A stretch of 64,000 nt of DNA from Eledone cirrhosa (taxonomy: Eukaryota), in NCBI GenBank assembly GCA_964016885.1, contig OZ024740.1:309938001-310002000 (forward strand), in the 5' to 3' direction. Positions 12,511 to 29,800 of this stretch are shown here, piece after piece. The notes under the pieces are model-generated. The model searched no databases, was not told where the DNA came from, and was given only the letters and a program-made list of their open reading frames with translations. The translations under genes and the position numbers were made by a program. How positions within the stretch are numbered: position 1 is the stretch's first letter; each line of letters begins with the position of its first letter.

Positions 12511-13916
12511 GGATGTGTAGATGTAGTATTTTCTAATGTATGGTGAGACGCCACGTTTGGTCATGTGTGACTTTAATTGAACACATATGGTAAGTTCTCA
12601 AAATGTTGTAAACCGTATAACCGGAAACTGAGTCGTTTTTGTATCAATCAGCAACATTTTACAAAGATAACCTAATAATCACAATATTATTGAAACATTG
12701 AGAAGGTGCGTGGAATATGCAGATACACGAGATATGCTTATTTATGCAGCTGCCACAAATCTTATAGCACTTCCATTAAATCTATAAATGAATTATATCA
12801 GGCTCAATAATTATACTCTCTAACTTGATTTTGATGCTGATTCATGATGGTAAGTAATAGCACGATTTATCAACAAATCTGGCATAAAATATATACATAT
12901 ATTGAATAAATTTGCGTTTGAAATACATATTCATCAAAATATATAAGAAATAATTAATCGAAATGGCGTTGTCGATTAAATTTATCTTCAACAGCTATTA
13001 ATTGAGGACTTAGAAGTCTATAATTAACTTTGAAGTGTTTCCGTAAACAGGTTTTCTCCATATAATCATTTGGTAATCTAGAATAAATGACTATCTATTA
13101 ATTGCATTTGTATGAATATAAAGTTGTATGGGTATACGTTAAAATACATCTTATTGCCAGTTTGTGAATCGGCATTAAATTTGATTTGTAGAAGTATGTG
13201 TGTATGTGTGCTTGTTTTGTAAGTATTCCATGTCACTTAGAAGCCAAATTCTAATACAGAATTTAATATCTGTAATGTAGATATACCTGTAAATACTCAC
13301 TATATACACATTGAACATTCCTGATATTCATGAGCCGATACAGATAATTAACCAATTACTTAATTATGTAGTATTAGATAAATATAAGATATTCCATAAA
13401 TATGAATTTTAGAGTATGATCACTAGATGTTGATATATTCTCAGTGAAACATTTTGTAAGAAATATTAGATATTAGAGATAATTGCTTATTACGCATTCT
13501 TCATAAAATGCCTCCTTTTAGATACTTTAAGTGATGATTGCAATATATGGGTAAGGCAGACTGTCTCTCAAGATTCGTACAGTATCCCTATTGAGAAGTC
13601 AAATAAGGGGAGCAATATTTAAGGATATACTTTCAATGTTTCTCATAGATTTGAGATGAAATTTCTAATGTATTCGTCCCTATATTACTTAAATTACCGA
13701 GGACATTACAGGAGAGAATTTGGAACTCAAATTTTCATGAAAATTAAATGAACAAAACTATCTTCGCGGGAAAGTATATGTAACTACACAAACTACAGTA
13801 CCATTTTAAAACAGGTACATATTATTCGAATAAAATTATCAAAAATAAGTTAAATAATAGAAACACATATAATATGGACACATACACACGCACGCACACA
13901 CACAAACACACACATA

Positions 13917-14024
<108 letters not shown>

Positions 14025-14084
14025 CATGAATCTTGGGTAATGACCGAAAAATAAGATCACAAATATAAGCGGCTGAAATAGGGT

Positions 14085-14190
14085 TCTTCCGATTGATCAA
14101 TTGGAGACGGTTGACACACTGGAAGGAATATTTGAAGACTATGCTCCCAGAACACCCTCAGGAATAAGTGGAGGACGAAGAAGAAGAAGA
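14085..14190 (+). mobile_element. RTE-clade LINE 3' tip with (GAA)n tail
   Basis: CACTGGAAGGA...TCAGGAATAAGTGG...GAAGAAGAAG is similar to 46195-46333. Confidence 0.6.
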
Positions 14191-15567
14191 AAAATACATA
14201 CATATGAAAAGTGGGCATGTTTAAGAAGCCGTAAAATGATTGGGAAAGAAAAACTCCACTCTCTCCGAGGATTTCCTCATCTTGATATTACGCGAGCTCT
14301 TTGACATCACACGCTTTACCGACTTATTTAATTAATCCTTTTCTACTATGAACTTTTATCTAATATTATAGTTATAATTATCAACTCTACGCAATTTATT
14401 TACCTCTACCGTTTATAATCTGCATATAATCTGTCGTGCCATAAATTACAATAATTTATATGTATGATTATTACCATTATAATTATTATCATCAGCATAT
14501 GGTTCTATATTTGAGTGTTTGGAATTAATTTTCTGTTTCTTCAATTTATTGAAAATTCTCTGTCACTGGAGTCCTCTATCGGGTTTTGCAGAAATGATGA
14601 GGGCTGTTACGTTTTTCTCGTGTGAAGGTCATTGCATAATATTCTTTCGCGATACAAACACACATATGGGCGTGTCAACAGGTTTACTTGCACGTTAATC
14701 AATTAATTATTTACTTTTAACATATCATTTATATTAAACTTATAATTACCTACTTTTTGTAATCTTATAATATTAATACTTTTCACGACTCTTTATAATC
14801 TTTATATGTTTCCTAAATAATATTTTCTTAATTCATTTTTCTTAACTTATTTATTCTAACCCTTTATAATTTTATAACACTCATCTACCTTAGAATCTTT
14901 TCTGACACGCTACACTGGCTTTCGGCTAGAGTCTGATGTCATATAATGTTTTGTACACCTAACTTGTCCTAGAAGCACATTGTTGGTTCTGATTAATGGC
15001 ATGGTATTATCTACGGACAGCAGAATCTCTGTCACCACCAAACAACATCCACCCTATGATTCCAGTTTCATTTTCTGTTTTTTTCTGCCTGGTGAGGTCA
15101 CAGCCAATAATAGCTGTCATTGAAATTTATATAGCAGCGAATTGGAATACGCGAAGCCAAACTTTAACATGTTTGACTTACACTTATTATTTTACATTAC
15201 TCCGGAGTGCACAAACCAACCTTCGCACTTCGTTGATTGCTCCAACCTACATAACTGAGGAATCGGTAAACAACCAACACATACTCAATATATATATATA
15301 TATATATAATATTTAATATAGAAATACCTTCTACAGGACTAGAACTGTTTCTGTAGAAGGAAATCATCAGGAATTCCTGAAAATTTCTTTCCGATGAAAA
15401 GAAGGCCGGAGTCCGAATATTTTATTAATGTTACAAATATCACAATACGTATTTCTATACCCGGGAGTCTTAATCTATGGCGCAAGGCATGGGATGACGT
15501 CATTCGGAGCAATACCCAAATATTGGATTGCGGCAAAATATAAACAAAGAAGGGAAATGATACGAGG

Positions 15568-15607
<40 letters not shown>

Positions 15608-15839
15608 GATCGAGTATCGAAAAATCGGCGCACGAGTTCACGATAAACGAGATTCGATATGAGCGGCAGAGGGCTCAATAATTCAGATGAATCAGAGCTA
15701 TAACTATCGTTAAAATACCGTCACATATAGAACAAGTCTACAATCAACCATACGATTTAAAATCGATAGAGGAAGATTCGGGACAAACAGATAAAAAATA
15801 TCAATAAAACAATACGTCAATAATTTAAATGAATGTAAA

Positions 15840-15883
<44 letters not shown>

Positions 15884-17104
15884 CAGGATGTCCAACAAAA
15901 TGTATACACATTTCGACAGCATTCTAATAAATATATTTATAAATTTTTTATATATCAACGTTCTAGCAATATTGTAAAACACTTTACTCATTTGAAAGTC
16001 ATTAGTTTAATTAAAAGCTAAGAAAATGAACATTGAAGTTGACAAGTAGTGTTAGAATCAGCGGTTGTCTGATAGATGCACTATGGTATGAAATAGGAAA
16101 TTGCAAAGACGTTTGTTGAATTGAGTTATAATAAATTTATTTCTTCTTATAACTATTTTCGGAGAAAATGTTTTTTTGTAATCTGTATATTTTGCATATC
16201 CAACACAGGTTTGTCAATATGTCCTTTGCGATTACTAATATCTTGTAACATTTATGCTTTTTATAAAAGACGTGATGAAATATGATATATTTAAGTATTC
16301 TATTTCCTTTACATCGTTTAAATTCAATTTGTATTTCCTTGATATCGTTAAAAACATCAATATTATGTTACTGTTGACAAACGTATTCCACCGAGTTGAA
16401 CACGCCTATAATCAAATATCTATTCACTGTCATTACTTATAAACCGCAATTTTATGAGAGACATTACGCGTGCTGTTCACATATTGTATGTAGGGAGTAA
16501 GAAGTACCGGAATTGACACACTAAACAAATAAGGGAAATACAATATAACCTCAACGGGCAACAAATATTTGGTTGCGTGATGGTTCGATCACGCAAACAG
16601 CACGCAGCCATTAACGACATTGAAATATGTATCACAGCTTTATAGATAAATAATTTTTGAACAACTACACTGAACTTGGCATTTATCTTTATTGGACAAA
16701 TAATACGTCTCGGACTCTCAAATCATATTTGATAGAAAACACAAGATGTTGAGTGCTTAAATGGAATTACATCACTATTCACTTACCTGTGTGTTGTATA
16801 CGCAGCTCCCATTAGTAAACATTTTATCTTTGCGTGTAATTGTTTTCACCGCTCCAAATTATGACCTATTATCTTTGTCTTTATCCGTTCTTTGCCAGGA
16901 AACGTTTCCACGAACCAAATTATCGTCTTCCTGTCTTCCGTTTTTGAAACATTTACTGTCCAACGTTTTTGAAACATTTACTTCTGCGTTCACAGGTTGA
17001 TTTTTTTAGTTTCAGAAGATCCCATTAAGGGTGAAAGCAGCGATTCTTTGCTTAAACTTTAATCTGTTATTTTAATATATATATATATATATATGTTTGT
17101 GTGG

Positions 17105-17196
<92 letters not shown>

Positions 17197-17336
17197 ATGT
17201 ATCGACACGTAAATCATCGCGATATTATTAGAGCACTGTATTGATATTTAGTATACCTGGGGATATTTAAAATTGGCGGAGCTGGTACCTTTTTCGTACT
17301 CCACAATTCTTCAAGCCAACTATCACCTTATATATA

Positions 17337-17433
17337 TATTTCACGTTGCTCCAGTTCAGTCATCTGTAGAAATGAGTTGCGACGGTACTGGTGCCAAGCT
17401 GTATCGTCCAATGCCTTTCCCTTGGACAACATC
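17337..17433 (+). mobile_element. SINE family B internal fragment
   Basis: TATTTCACGTTGCTCCAGTT...CTGTAGAAATGAG is the reverse complement of sequence in the 5933 and 18078 copies. Confidence 0.7.
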
Positions 17434-17439
17434 TAAACA

Positions 17440-17779
17440 TATACGGTATGTTTCATAAATAAACATTTTGAAAGCCTCAGCTACGTTAAACGCCGTCTAG
17501 CGGAATCCAGCAGAAGCATGGGAGATAATTGTCTATGCATTTCGAACATAGATAGTTCTCATTAGGACAATGCTTCCCACTGTCTACTGCTGTAATTTAA
17601 AACAGGCAAACATATTAGGCTTTTCGTTTGTGTAAATAAGCGGATTAGCCTCATTTGTATAGAATGCATAGACAATTATCCCCCTTGCTTCTGCAAGACT
17701 CCGCTAGATGGCGCTGACCATCTATCTTCTATTCATAGCTGAAGCTTTCAAAATGTTTATTTATTAAACATACCGTATA
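17440..17779. repeat. Imperfect inverted repeat, arms 17440-17541 / 17663-17779
   Basis: TATACGGTATGTTT...GGAGATAATTGTCTATGCATT versus AATGCATAGACAATTATC...AAACATACCGTATA. Confidence 0.8.
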
Positions 17780-17982
17780 ACTATGGATATACGAAATTCA
17801 CATACATATATGTATACAGCTATGTCGAAACTAAATTCCAATTCTATTTTAAGTTGAGCCAACCTATACACTCATATAAGCAGCCAGACGATATCACCAG
17901 ACATGGCATATTATGTAATAAGGTTACGTTTCCGAGGAAATCCAATCTAAAGACTAGGGAACATTCTGAAACGATGTTTTCA

Positions 17983-18022
<40 letters not shown>

Positions 18023-18077
18023 CATATATGTTTCTATATATATATGTATATATATATATTTATGTATATATCATCAT

Positions 18078-18433
18078 TTCATCATCATCATTTCATTTTA
18101 CGTCCGCTTTTCCCTGCTTTTCCCCGCTTTTCCCCGCTTTTCCCTGCTTGCAAGGGTGGGACGGGAACTGATTCTGGCTTGATTTCTACAGCTGGATGCA
18201 CTCATTTACAGTGAGTGCTGGGTGCTTTTTTGCCGTGGCACCTCCACAACCACTTTGCAGTGGAATGATATGGACTCCAGTCCCTATCATCTCATTTCTA
18301 CAGCTGAGTAAACTGGAGCAATGTAAAATAAAGTGTCTTGCCCAAGGAAACAACACATCACCCGGTCTGAGAATTGAACTCACAACCTTTCGATTGCAAG
18401 ACCAATGCTCTAACCACTAAGCCATGTGTCTCC
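18078..18433 (-). mobile_element. tRNA-derived CORE-type SINE (family B), longer copy
   Basis: Minus-strand tRNA head (GGCTTAGTGGTTAG...GTGAGTTCAATTC), CORE-like TTTCCTTGGGCAAGACACTT and a short (GAT)n-like tail. Confidence 0.8.
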
Positions 18434-20595
<2,162 letters not shown>

Positions 20596-20667
20596 ATATA
20601 TATGTATATATATATATATGTATATATATGCATATATACATACATATATATATAATTATATATATGT

Positions 20668-20758
<91 letters not shown>

Positions 20759-23599
20759 CGCGCACATGTATGCGTGTGTGAATGTATTCCTCTCTATACA
20801 TGTTAGTATTTGTGATAGAGTGTTTATATTTGTTGACGCGTATCTAGAAGAGCAAGCGAAATAAAAATAATTTGAGACCACATATGTTAAAGAGCTGGAA
20901 AGAGTAATTATCGAGAGTGTGTATAAATTTTCCTACAAAATTGTCTTTGGTATAATATTTCGTAGTAAGAGACCGTTGGTCTGTTTTCTTTATTGGCGAA
21001 GTAGTTATTTGCTTTTTTTTTTTACTGTAGGCCACTCTCTTTATTTTGTCATTTATTTGTGATATTGTGCTTTCAATAATATCCTATAAGCGAGTTAATA
21101 TATGCTGACTGATCGATAGTGTACTTTCAGGTGAAACTTTATATTGCTACCAATCTAGTTTTGTAATTCCTCTGACATATTTACATTTCGTTTTAGGTAC
21201 GTTTGAATCACATAACCTTTGGGAATTACGTTGTCTAATGTTGATATCTATAAACCCAATCAATAGATGATTAACCATATATGACCTGAAGCCTATTCTA
21301 AATATTTATGTGAATTCTGACACTTCATCAAACACTATTTACCAATATTCATACGATTCACTGAAATATTACCACCACTTATGTGTGATGAATAATTAAT
21401 TTTGGGTTTACTTTTCAGATATGAATATCACTTAATTCGTTATTGATTGCTATACATTTTAATTATAATATGCTAATATATAAAACATAGAATACGGAAA
21501 ATACAAAGAAACACAATGAGTTGTTTATTATAATCGCGTAATTATCGGAAAGAAGTTTTATGTGATATTAGGAATATATTTTTCCGCGCTCACTGTTGCA
21601 TTTTATATCATTCTCAGCGTAGCAATGCAACAGAACATACATACCGCATGTATGTAGGATATGCAGTCTTCATAACATACGGATATATCAGTTAGCCCTA
21701 TGTTAAAATTAGATAAAAGAGAATCAGATAAGAGTTAAATGCAAAATCGGTTGCATTTAGAGCAGCTCTAACCATAAGTGACACTTTGTATTCAGGTATT
21801 CAGAACATTTTGAACCTGGTGCGAAATGCAAATGAATATTGTGCAAAAGCTCCCGTAAAATTCCGGCTTTGATAATCGAGACAATTACGGTGACAAGTCT
21901 CGTGACAAGATCCTGAAATGTTAAGAGTAATCAACATTATCCAACATTGACAAACTATTATATAAAAAAGGAGGATTCATACACGTAGTTGGCACGTATG
22001 TTATGCTTCGCGTCTCATGTGGATCTTCTGCAACTAATATGCAACTTAAATTCCAGGATAGGAAAACACTACAAGCACTGATGGGTATTTATACACAAGC
22101 ATAATTTTGTTGTTTGCAACTTATACGAATCTCTTCCGAAAGAACTATGCAATGATTCAATCGAGTAAAGAAAAGAGACCTATGGTTTCCTTCCTTTGGG
22201 GGGAAAACATAGATGGTCTTTCAGCATAAACACCGACATATATGTTGCTTTTTAATTATGCAAAAGTTAGATGCAATAGACAGCCACTACATGTGAACTA
22301 AACGTGACAAAAACATATGTAAATATCAGTAAGATCATGTTTTACATTTAACTTCTGTAAAATTGCAATGAATGGGGGCCTGGTACACCCTGCGCCACAC
22401 CAAGCCGCTGAAGAAGAAAATGCCAAGCTAAACAGTCTACACTACGTTGCAACAACCTTCATTTGCTTATGAAGTTCACGCTTCCCACTTCACCCTATAT
22501 GTCGAACTGGACCTGCCAGGTCTCTAGGCTTCCCAGGCTTTAGTTAGTCTCAAGTTGTAGATAACTAGGTGGTGATCACTTGACAGCTCAGCTCCTCCTT
22601 TAACACGAACACCCATCACACACCCATGACGAGATCAGAGAGAATAACGGAATCATTTATTGATCATGATCCCTGATTCAACTTGTACCATGTATATTTA
22701 TAGATATCTATGTGCTGGAATAATTTATTCATAATAGAGTGCCCATTACTAGAGCAGAAGTCTAATAAGGCCTCTCCTTTCTTATTTAGATCGGGATACC
22801 CGTTCTTTCCAATCACTCTTTTACATGGGAGGTGATCAGTGCCAACGTGTGCATTGAATATTCTATTAGGATATGTGACTCAGTTTTAATTAAATCTAAC
22901 GCTCCAGTGACTTGACCAAGGAAGAATTTGTATTCGAATTCTTTATTTGGTGAATAATTTTGCACCATCCACAGATACCTATATGTCAGCCAAAACTCCA
23001 AGAGACAAATCTGGGGCTTCTTATGGAGTCATTTCTGGTGCCACACCTGCAGAGTGGAGTCCATCCTCCATCCAATTCTCGGCAGTACTCTTCTGATAGA
23101 GAAGGAGACGCAGGTGGCGGATAGCGATACAGCCAACTTATATGATGTTTAAGCGGGCTTCTGTGGGACGAATAAGCAAACGCGGCCCAAGATCTATAAA
23201 CTACTAGGGAACATGGAGCAATGAGTAACACCTTTAACTTCCAAAATATCTGTCCTCACCCACTGATGTAGCTATGACGAGATGATAAAGACCTGTGAAT
23301 ACTAGGCTAAAAAAGTATAGTCTTCACAAGTCTGAAAACTAACATGTTGATGATTCAGGCTAATAATACTAAAACCACCAAAACTGCAATATGGTTAGAC
23401 AGAAACTATCTAATTGACTCATTCTTCGCACGGGTTAACAAGGGGTGGGATCATGCCGTAGGTAGAGATGCCTATATGAAAGATATATTCAATCTCCATC
23501 ACATGCTGCAAGAGTTGGCGTTTCGCTTGTGCTCTGTGCTCGGGGTGTGAGATGTACATGCAAAGACTGAGTTGTCCGAAATCATAAGGAGTATTGGAA

Positions 23600-23710
23600 A
23601 GGAACAGAGCGATTGGAATCAGGAACATCACAACCCTTGCAAGTAATAACAAGTAACTTGTGGCTGAGGCCAGATGATACCGGCTAGATATAGTCGGTAT
23701 GAGTATTTCA
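23600..23710 (+). pseudogene. Decayed RTE-type APE endonuclease N-terminal fragment
   Basis: Translates to IGIRNITTLASNNK*LVAEAR*YRLDIVGMS, resembling the WNV...YRLDIVG start of RTE endonucleases. Confidence 0.5.
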
Positions 23711-24715
23711 ACATATCAAAATGTAACTTTGTTTTTTATGTAAATACATTTTCTTTGCAAGCGCCTCATATGCATTTTGAATTTCGGAATACGGAAGAAT
23801 ACAATTTCAATGATTTTATTTCTTTGAAAACTAATATCACAATTGCAATGTAATCATATGCTTAAATGTTTTTATAATGCCCTGGATATTAATTCTGTAT
23901 TTTTAGGTTTTCCACCACATTTTTTTATAATCATTTTTATAGAATTCAAAATAACCCTGGAAGATATTTTTTAACATCGCATAATGAATTATCTTCAGAG
24001 TGGAAGATTACAAATTCCAAGATTTATCGCATAATTGACGCTGTTTTCAGTGTTTATGACCGAACAGTATCAATAATCGTTTTTTGAAATTCCTTTTATG
24101 ATCATAAATTCTGTGACATAACTGTAGCGGGAGGATTGGATAAATAACAATTCTATTGAAATATATAATTAATTCCATGTCTCTGTCCGAGGATATTTAA
24201 TTATACGCATACATTCCGAAACATAGTGCTAAAATATGTCATTGTTCCGTTCCTATCACAATTATACGAGACTGGAAATGGTTTTCTATTTAAATATTTT
24301 AAATAGTATTAGAAATTAAGATAGGGCATCACTAAATACAACAAATCATTTAACAGATGGTTGATAGATTCTGATATGCCCCATACCAATAACCTTATAC
24401 TATGCAAATACCATAATACCATCATCCAGATAATATCATAATATTCAGATGTAAATACAGCACAATGATTTAACCTTATTCACAATACTTGAATGAATAA
24501 AATGAACATTTAGTTGCTTAACGTTCAATAATTGTCGATATTCCGAGAATATATTTAACAATATGGCCGCGGTGAAAGATAATTTTATTTTCTTACTTAG
24601 ATATGTTGCTTCGAGGCTTCAGTATCATATAAATATAGCTGTATGACTACTCTACCATTTATAATGTATAAAGTATGTTACATATTTAAATATGCATCGT
24701 TTCGATAACTAATAA

Positions 24716-24897
24716 TTGTTTCAACTTTAGGCACAAGGCCAGCAATTACCCAGTACATTACTGGTACTTTATTTTATCGACCCCGTAAGGATGAAAGGCA
24801 AAGTCAACCTCGGCGGGATTTGAACTCAGATCGTAAAGGGACGTAACTATGCTGGAAAGCATGGCGTCCGACCCTCTACCAATACTGCTAATCCACC
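24716..24897 (-). mobile_element. SINE family A, full length, with 19-bp target-site duplication
   Basis: CGTTTCGATAACTAATAAT at 24698-24716 and 24897-24915. Confidence 0.93.
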
Positions 24898-26704
24898 GTT
24901 TCGATAACTAATAATATTATATTTTACGAAATCGTGTTTTAAACATAGCGAGTAATATATGTGTATATGTATTTAAACAGCAAGATTTATGTTCTGATAG
25001 AAACCACATTCAAACATAATAGACCACTTTCATATCCATTCTGATATTACAATTATGTGTATGGAATGATAATCTATCATCAACTAAGCAAGACATTTCA
25101 GTTTCAATAATAAAAAAAAATAAATGTAAGTTTACACACAGAACTCTAAATGTTAAAGGCCCGTGTGATCTTTAAACTCAAATAATTAATTACGCTTAAA
25201 ATCGTCTATTTTTGTTTATTTTACATTTCATAAAGTATATTTATATTAACTTACAAATAAAGCTGAAACGGACTAATCTTTCATTTATATTAATTTTATA
25301 GATTGTTTAAGCTTTCCAGTGATATTGACAACGGGATATAAATTGATTATAATATTTGTTCGTAAAACAAATCCTTCCCTTTTGGTACTAGGTGTCATCC
25401 CATGGCTTCTTTTTCAGAGAGCCAATAAGTTTAACATAGAGACATTGAACTATGTAATTAAAAAAAGGAATGAAAATATAACGAAAACAAATCTTAATGG
25501 AAACGGATTGGGCACGCGCTTCATGAATATCAAAATAAAGTAACAAGAATGAATATAATTATAAAACACGAATAAGTATAGATATAATAAAACAGAAATT
25601 TGTTAATATATTTTAATTAAAGTATAAGATGATAATACTGAATAAATCCACAGCATTTTTAACAGGCATTTATATGTTTTATGAAGAATGTTAAAACTGC
25701 GCTAATTATTCATATAACAAAGTAATATTGAGTTGGAATCTAACATCAAAAATCAAGTTACACATTTCCATTGAGAGTGCTATCATTTTTCAGCAATAAA
25801 AATATTCTATATACAGAATTTAAACTGGAATGCAAATATACACAGTTTATGCAGATTGGTGTTGCTTAGACAGTGAATGGTGAAATATTAACATTCCTTT
25901 TCACATCACTTTGACAATGAAATTATGAAAAACAAATTTGTTAGAACATTATTTTATAATATTTTGTTATCATTTTCCACTATGTTATTTATAAACATCT
26001 AAAAATATAAACAATATTAAATTGTATACTAATTATTATTGACAGTGTCTAAAGACTAGTATTTTATTTCCATGTTTACAACTATAAATTCTGTTTGCGA
26101 TTAACAGTAACCCCATGCTTCTACATTTGTTTGGGGAGTGGAACTTACAGCGTGTAAATCTCTCTCCTTTTCAACCCCTGTCTCACTGAACGTAGCATAC
26201 GTCTAGAATACTGAAACCAGTTTGTCTCGTACTTGTGACATGGAAAATATAGGAGTTGCGCTAGTCTATTGGATGCACAATGTATCTATCTCCTGTATAT
26301 TGCATCGCCACAAGCACGACTATATGTGAGACCTACACTAGTATCATTAGAAAGGAAAATGTATGGAGTAAAATTAATTGCTCTGGATTGCTGATATGTC
26401 CTTCGTCATAAAATGAAGCACCGGTGATAGGTGGAGAATCTTATAAATAGAAAAGCTATTCTAGCATATTAAATGAAAGTCTGCGGCTAGGCATCAATCT
26501 TCTAGATTAATATAATTCCATTGTTTGTTCCACCATCTGAATGGAACGATGTTAGCTAAATATTGTTCTAATCTCAAGATCAACAAATATGTGGAATGCA
26601 ACCAAATTATGATAAAGGATTACCTAACCATATCTGGAATTATAGCATGTTTTTCTAAGTTAGAATTGTATTTGCGGAGATCCTTTATTATTGGCATAAA
26701 TAAC

Positions 26705-27009
26705 TGTTTCTACTTTAGGCACAAGGTCAGCAATCAACCAGTGCATTACTGGTACTTTATTTTATCGACCCCGTAAGAATGAAAGGCAAAGTCAACCTCG
26801 GCGGGATTTGAACTCAGATCGTAAAGGGACGTAACTATGCTGGGAAGCATGGCGTCCGACCCTCTACCGATACTGCCAATCCAACGCGTAAATAATTGTT
26901 TCTACTTTAGGCACAAGGACAGCAATTACCCAGTGCATTACTGGTACTTTATTTTATCGACCCCGTAAGGATGAAAGGCAAAGTTAACCCTGGCGGGATT
27001 TGAATTCAG
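26705..27009 (-). mobile_element. Head-to-tail SINE family A dimer (one full copy plus one 5'-truncated copy) within one TSD
   Basis: ATTATTGGCATAAATAAC at 26687-26704 and 27010-27027; the internal junction is near 26890. Confidence 0.9.
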
Positions 27010-28104
27010 ATTATTGGCATAAATAACATTATGTAAATAAATGTATGCATGTTCCATACCATATAAAACTGTTCTATCAGATATTATAAAAATATTTAGC
27101 TTCGTACTGCATGCCAAAAACGTTAGAAATACCGTTATTTATAGTATTGAATAATAATACAGCCTGTAGAACCTACTGAGAATTAAAGAGGCTTAGCACT
27201 TGAGAGATGTATCATTGATCTCAAAGACATGTAACAATTACAAAATCGGAAGAGCCACTCGGTCGGAGACCTCTCTGTTAATCATTAACCCTGTTGAAAG
27301 GCGATATTTTATATAATTTCAATACAAAAAAATCGAATTTTATTATTATTTATAATTTTATGATAGGGAGATTCCTTAATCACAGTTATAAACATATCAA
27401 TATTTTCAGCAAACATTATAAAACGGTAATATGTTTTCGTCTCTTATCAGTTTTACCAGTCATGTATTCAGTTTAAAATGCTGCTGAAATAACATGCTGA
27501 TTATATTGCCATTCTTTCTACATCGGTATATTAAACTTGTTTTCGTCACTCTCCCCTTCAAACACATTAACTTTCTCACACGCTGTCGACTGTTTCTAAT
27601 AGGTTCTTGATCTGATTGATGACAAGGGGGATACATGATAAAAATAGCAAGATTTTAATTGCATATTTCATTAGTAAGCTTTCGTATATTCGTGATAAAA
27701 ATAAATTATTATCGTTTTCATTGTGTTTGCAGTAACATTATTTTCAATTATTTATATAATATCGATGACCATGAAAAACGTAAACGTACATATATAGATT
27801 TGAATAAACACAGACTAAGTTAAGCCAAATATTCAAAGGAAGCAGCATGATGCACGGCATAACAATAAAGATTTACTCACATAATATCCCTAATTGCAAT
27901 TTCTGGAATTAAGAAACAATATTAATCATCCAAATGAATTAAGACAACTTAGAATGGAAGAAAATTTCTTCGTCAGAGCGATTCTTTGGAAAGGGAAAAT
28001 TGGTTAGTAGAAAAATAAGAGGGTACATTAAAAACTTATCTTTATCGAAGCAGCATGGGGTATTTATGGACACGCATATATATATATATGTGTGTGTGTG
28101 TGTG

Positions 28105-28814
28105 TTTCCCTAGGGCCCACAAGTACCATAAAATATTCAACAAGCACACGGTGAAACTTTCCTACTCAACCATACGCTCCGTAGCCCAGCACATAGCCGG
28201 CATAAATAGGAATAGGTTCACTGCCTCTAATACCACCGTAAACCCCGGAGCCACCCAACGGAACCAGCACACGGGACGCACCAGACCCCGGACAGGCCCA
28301 ACTGGCACAGCGGAACCCAACGACCCTGTGCTGATTGCGGCGGCTACCCAACCAACACCGAGTGATGGTAACCACGCGGTAAATGGCAGGGGCTTAAGAA
28401 GTCATGCAATTTCCGAGACCATCACTATGCCCCCTTAGTAATGAATGTATGACGAAAAACGTAGTCTACAGGTCACAACCCCTAACTCGGAGCACCACTA
28501 CATAGGATCCACGGCGACGAGATTCAAAGATAGGTGGTATAACCATCGCCATTCCTTTAACGGAATAGAAAAGAGGAAATGTACGGCCCTTTCTGAATTG
28601 ATCTGGAAGTTCAAACTTGAAAAGACCACGCACTCTCTGGTCCGTGGTCAGAAAGGTTCCCCCAGACAGAGGTGGGTCTGGTATTTGCAACCTGTGTTTT
28701 AGTGAGACACTCTAGATACTTTATGGCGGAACCAAGCTATTAAACAGAAGGACCGACTTATTCGGCGCCTGCAGACACCTAAGGACGGGAACTTTCCTCA
28801 AGCTATATGGATAA
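28105..28814 (+). pseudogene. Penelope-like element (Neptune-like) C-terminal/GIY-YIG endonuclease remnant
   Basis: FPRAHKYHKIFNKHTVKLSYS ... NVVY ... YIGSTATRFKDRWYNH ... ALSELIW ... CNLC ... CRH; frameshifted. Confidence 0.85.
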
Positions 28815-29502
28815 ACTCCGGTTATGGCCTCCCAAAACGCCCCTCCCCTCTAGGTCCCCTGCACCCCGTACCAATGACCAATGGGCAACAACACCCACCT
28901 ATAGTTTGTAATCCCTACGGTGGATTGTCCACCGGATTCTCTACTGGTTAGGAGTCAGCAAAACCACGTTTATTCAACCTGAGGACAACCCCCCCCCCGG
29001 AAGTGGCCCACACAGGAAGAACGATTATCCTAAGGTACTAACCCTATACGCATTAATGCGTGCCCGCAAACGTGCGTCGTGTGTGTATACTAGGATTACG
29101 TGAATGAACACACTCATGTGAACGCAACGAATTACTAATACCCCAGGTTGCATTTGAAAAATGTTCGAGTGTATGCTTAAGGGTATATTTGTATATGCTC
29201 TCTTGTATGAGTGCACATGTGGATATAGACATACACACGCATCCAGATGTATAAAAGTGTGGGTGGGTATATATGTCTGTACTAAGGGATTCACCTAAGA
29301 ATCAAAGCCCCCAAGCTATTGCAGTGAAGCTATATATCACACTCTACTTTTGTCTGGTCTAAACAATAACTTTTCCAAACACCCACTTTACTTTTCTTTA
29401 AAAATATCACCCACCTTGTTTTAAGTCTGCCTTATACTTGGATTCGGGGGCCTCTGTTGTATACATATATGCACTTGTACGTACATACATATAAATACAC
29501 AC

Positions 29503-29800
29503 GTGTATGGATTTGTGTGTGTATGTGTCTATGGGGGTAGGTGTGAGCGTATCTACAAGTCAACCAACATAAGTCTTTTTATTTGTAAACTTTCTAAGTA
29601 TTTGACTCTAACCATAATTTTCAGTATTACCACCCCACATAAATTCCTCATTTTGTATGTGTGGATGTGTGTGTGTGTCTGTGGGGGAGGGTATGAGTGT
29701 ATGTGCAAGTCAACCAGCATAAGTCTTTTTATATGTAAATTTCCTAGTATTCTACCCTAACCATAATTTTCAGTAGTACCACCCCACATAAATTCCTCAA
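29503..29800. repeat. ~150-bp tandem duplication
   Basis: CAAGTCAACCA.CATAAGTCTTTTTAT...CCACCCCACATAAATTCCTCA occurs twice. Confidence 0.85.

Noticed and set aside
15880-15920. TACAGGATGTCC, a Tc1/mariner TIR-like start
   Set aside because: No matching inverted partner or transposase found.
22370-23240. Slightly GC-richer segments that may be old LINE remnants
   Set aside because: No motif could be recognised with confidence.
20900-27900. Possible host-gene micro-exons in unique AT-rich sequence
   Set aside because: Splice-like signals exist, but no recognisable coding frame; RNA-seq would be needed to call any.
28978-29035. CTGAGGA downstream of the PLE remnant, at the expected pLTR position
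   Set aside because: No intact GAAA or stem II can be assigned; at most a decayed ribozyme.
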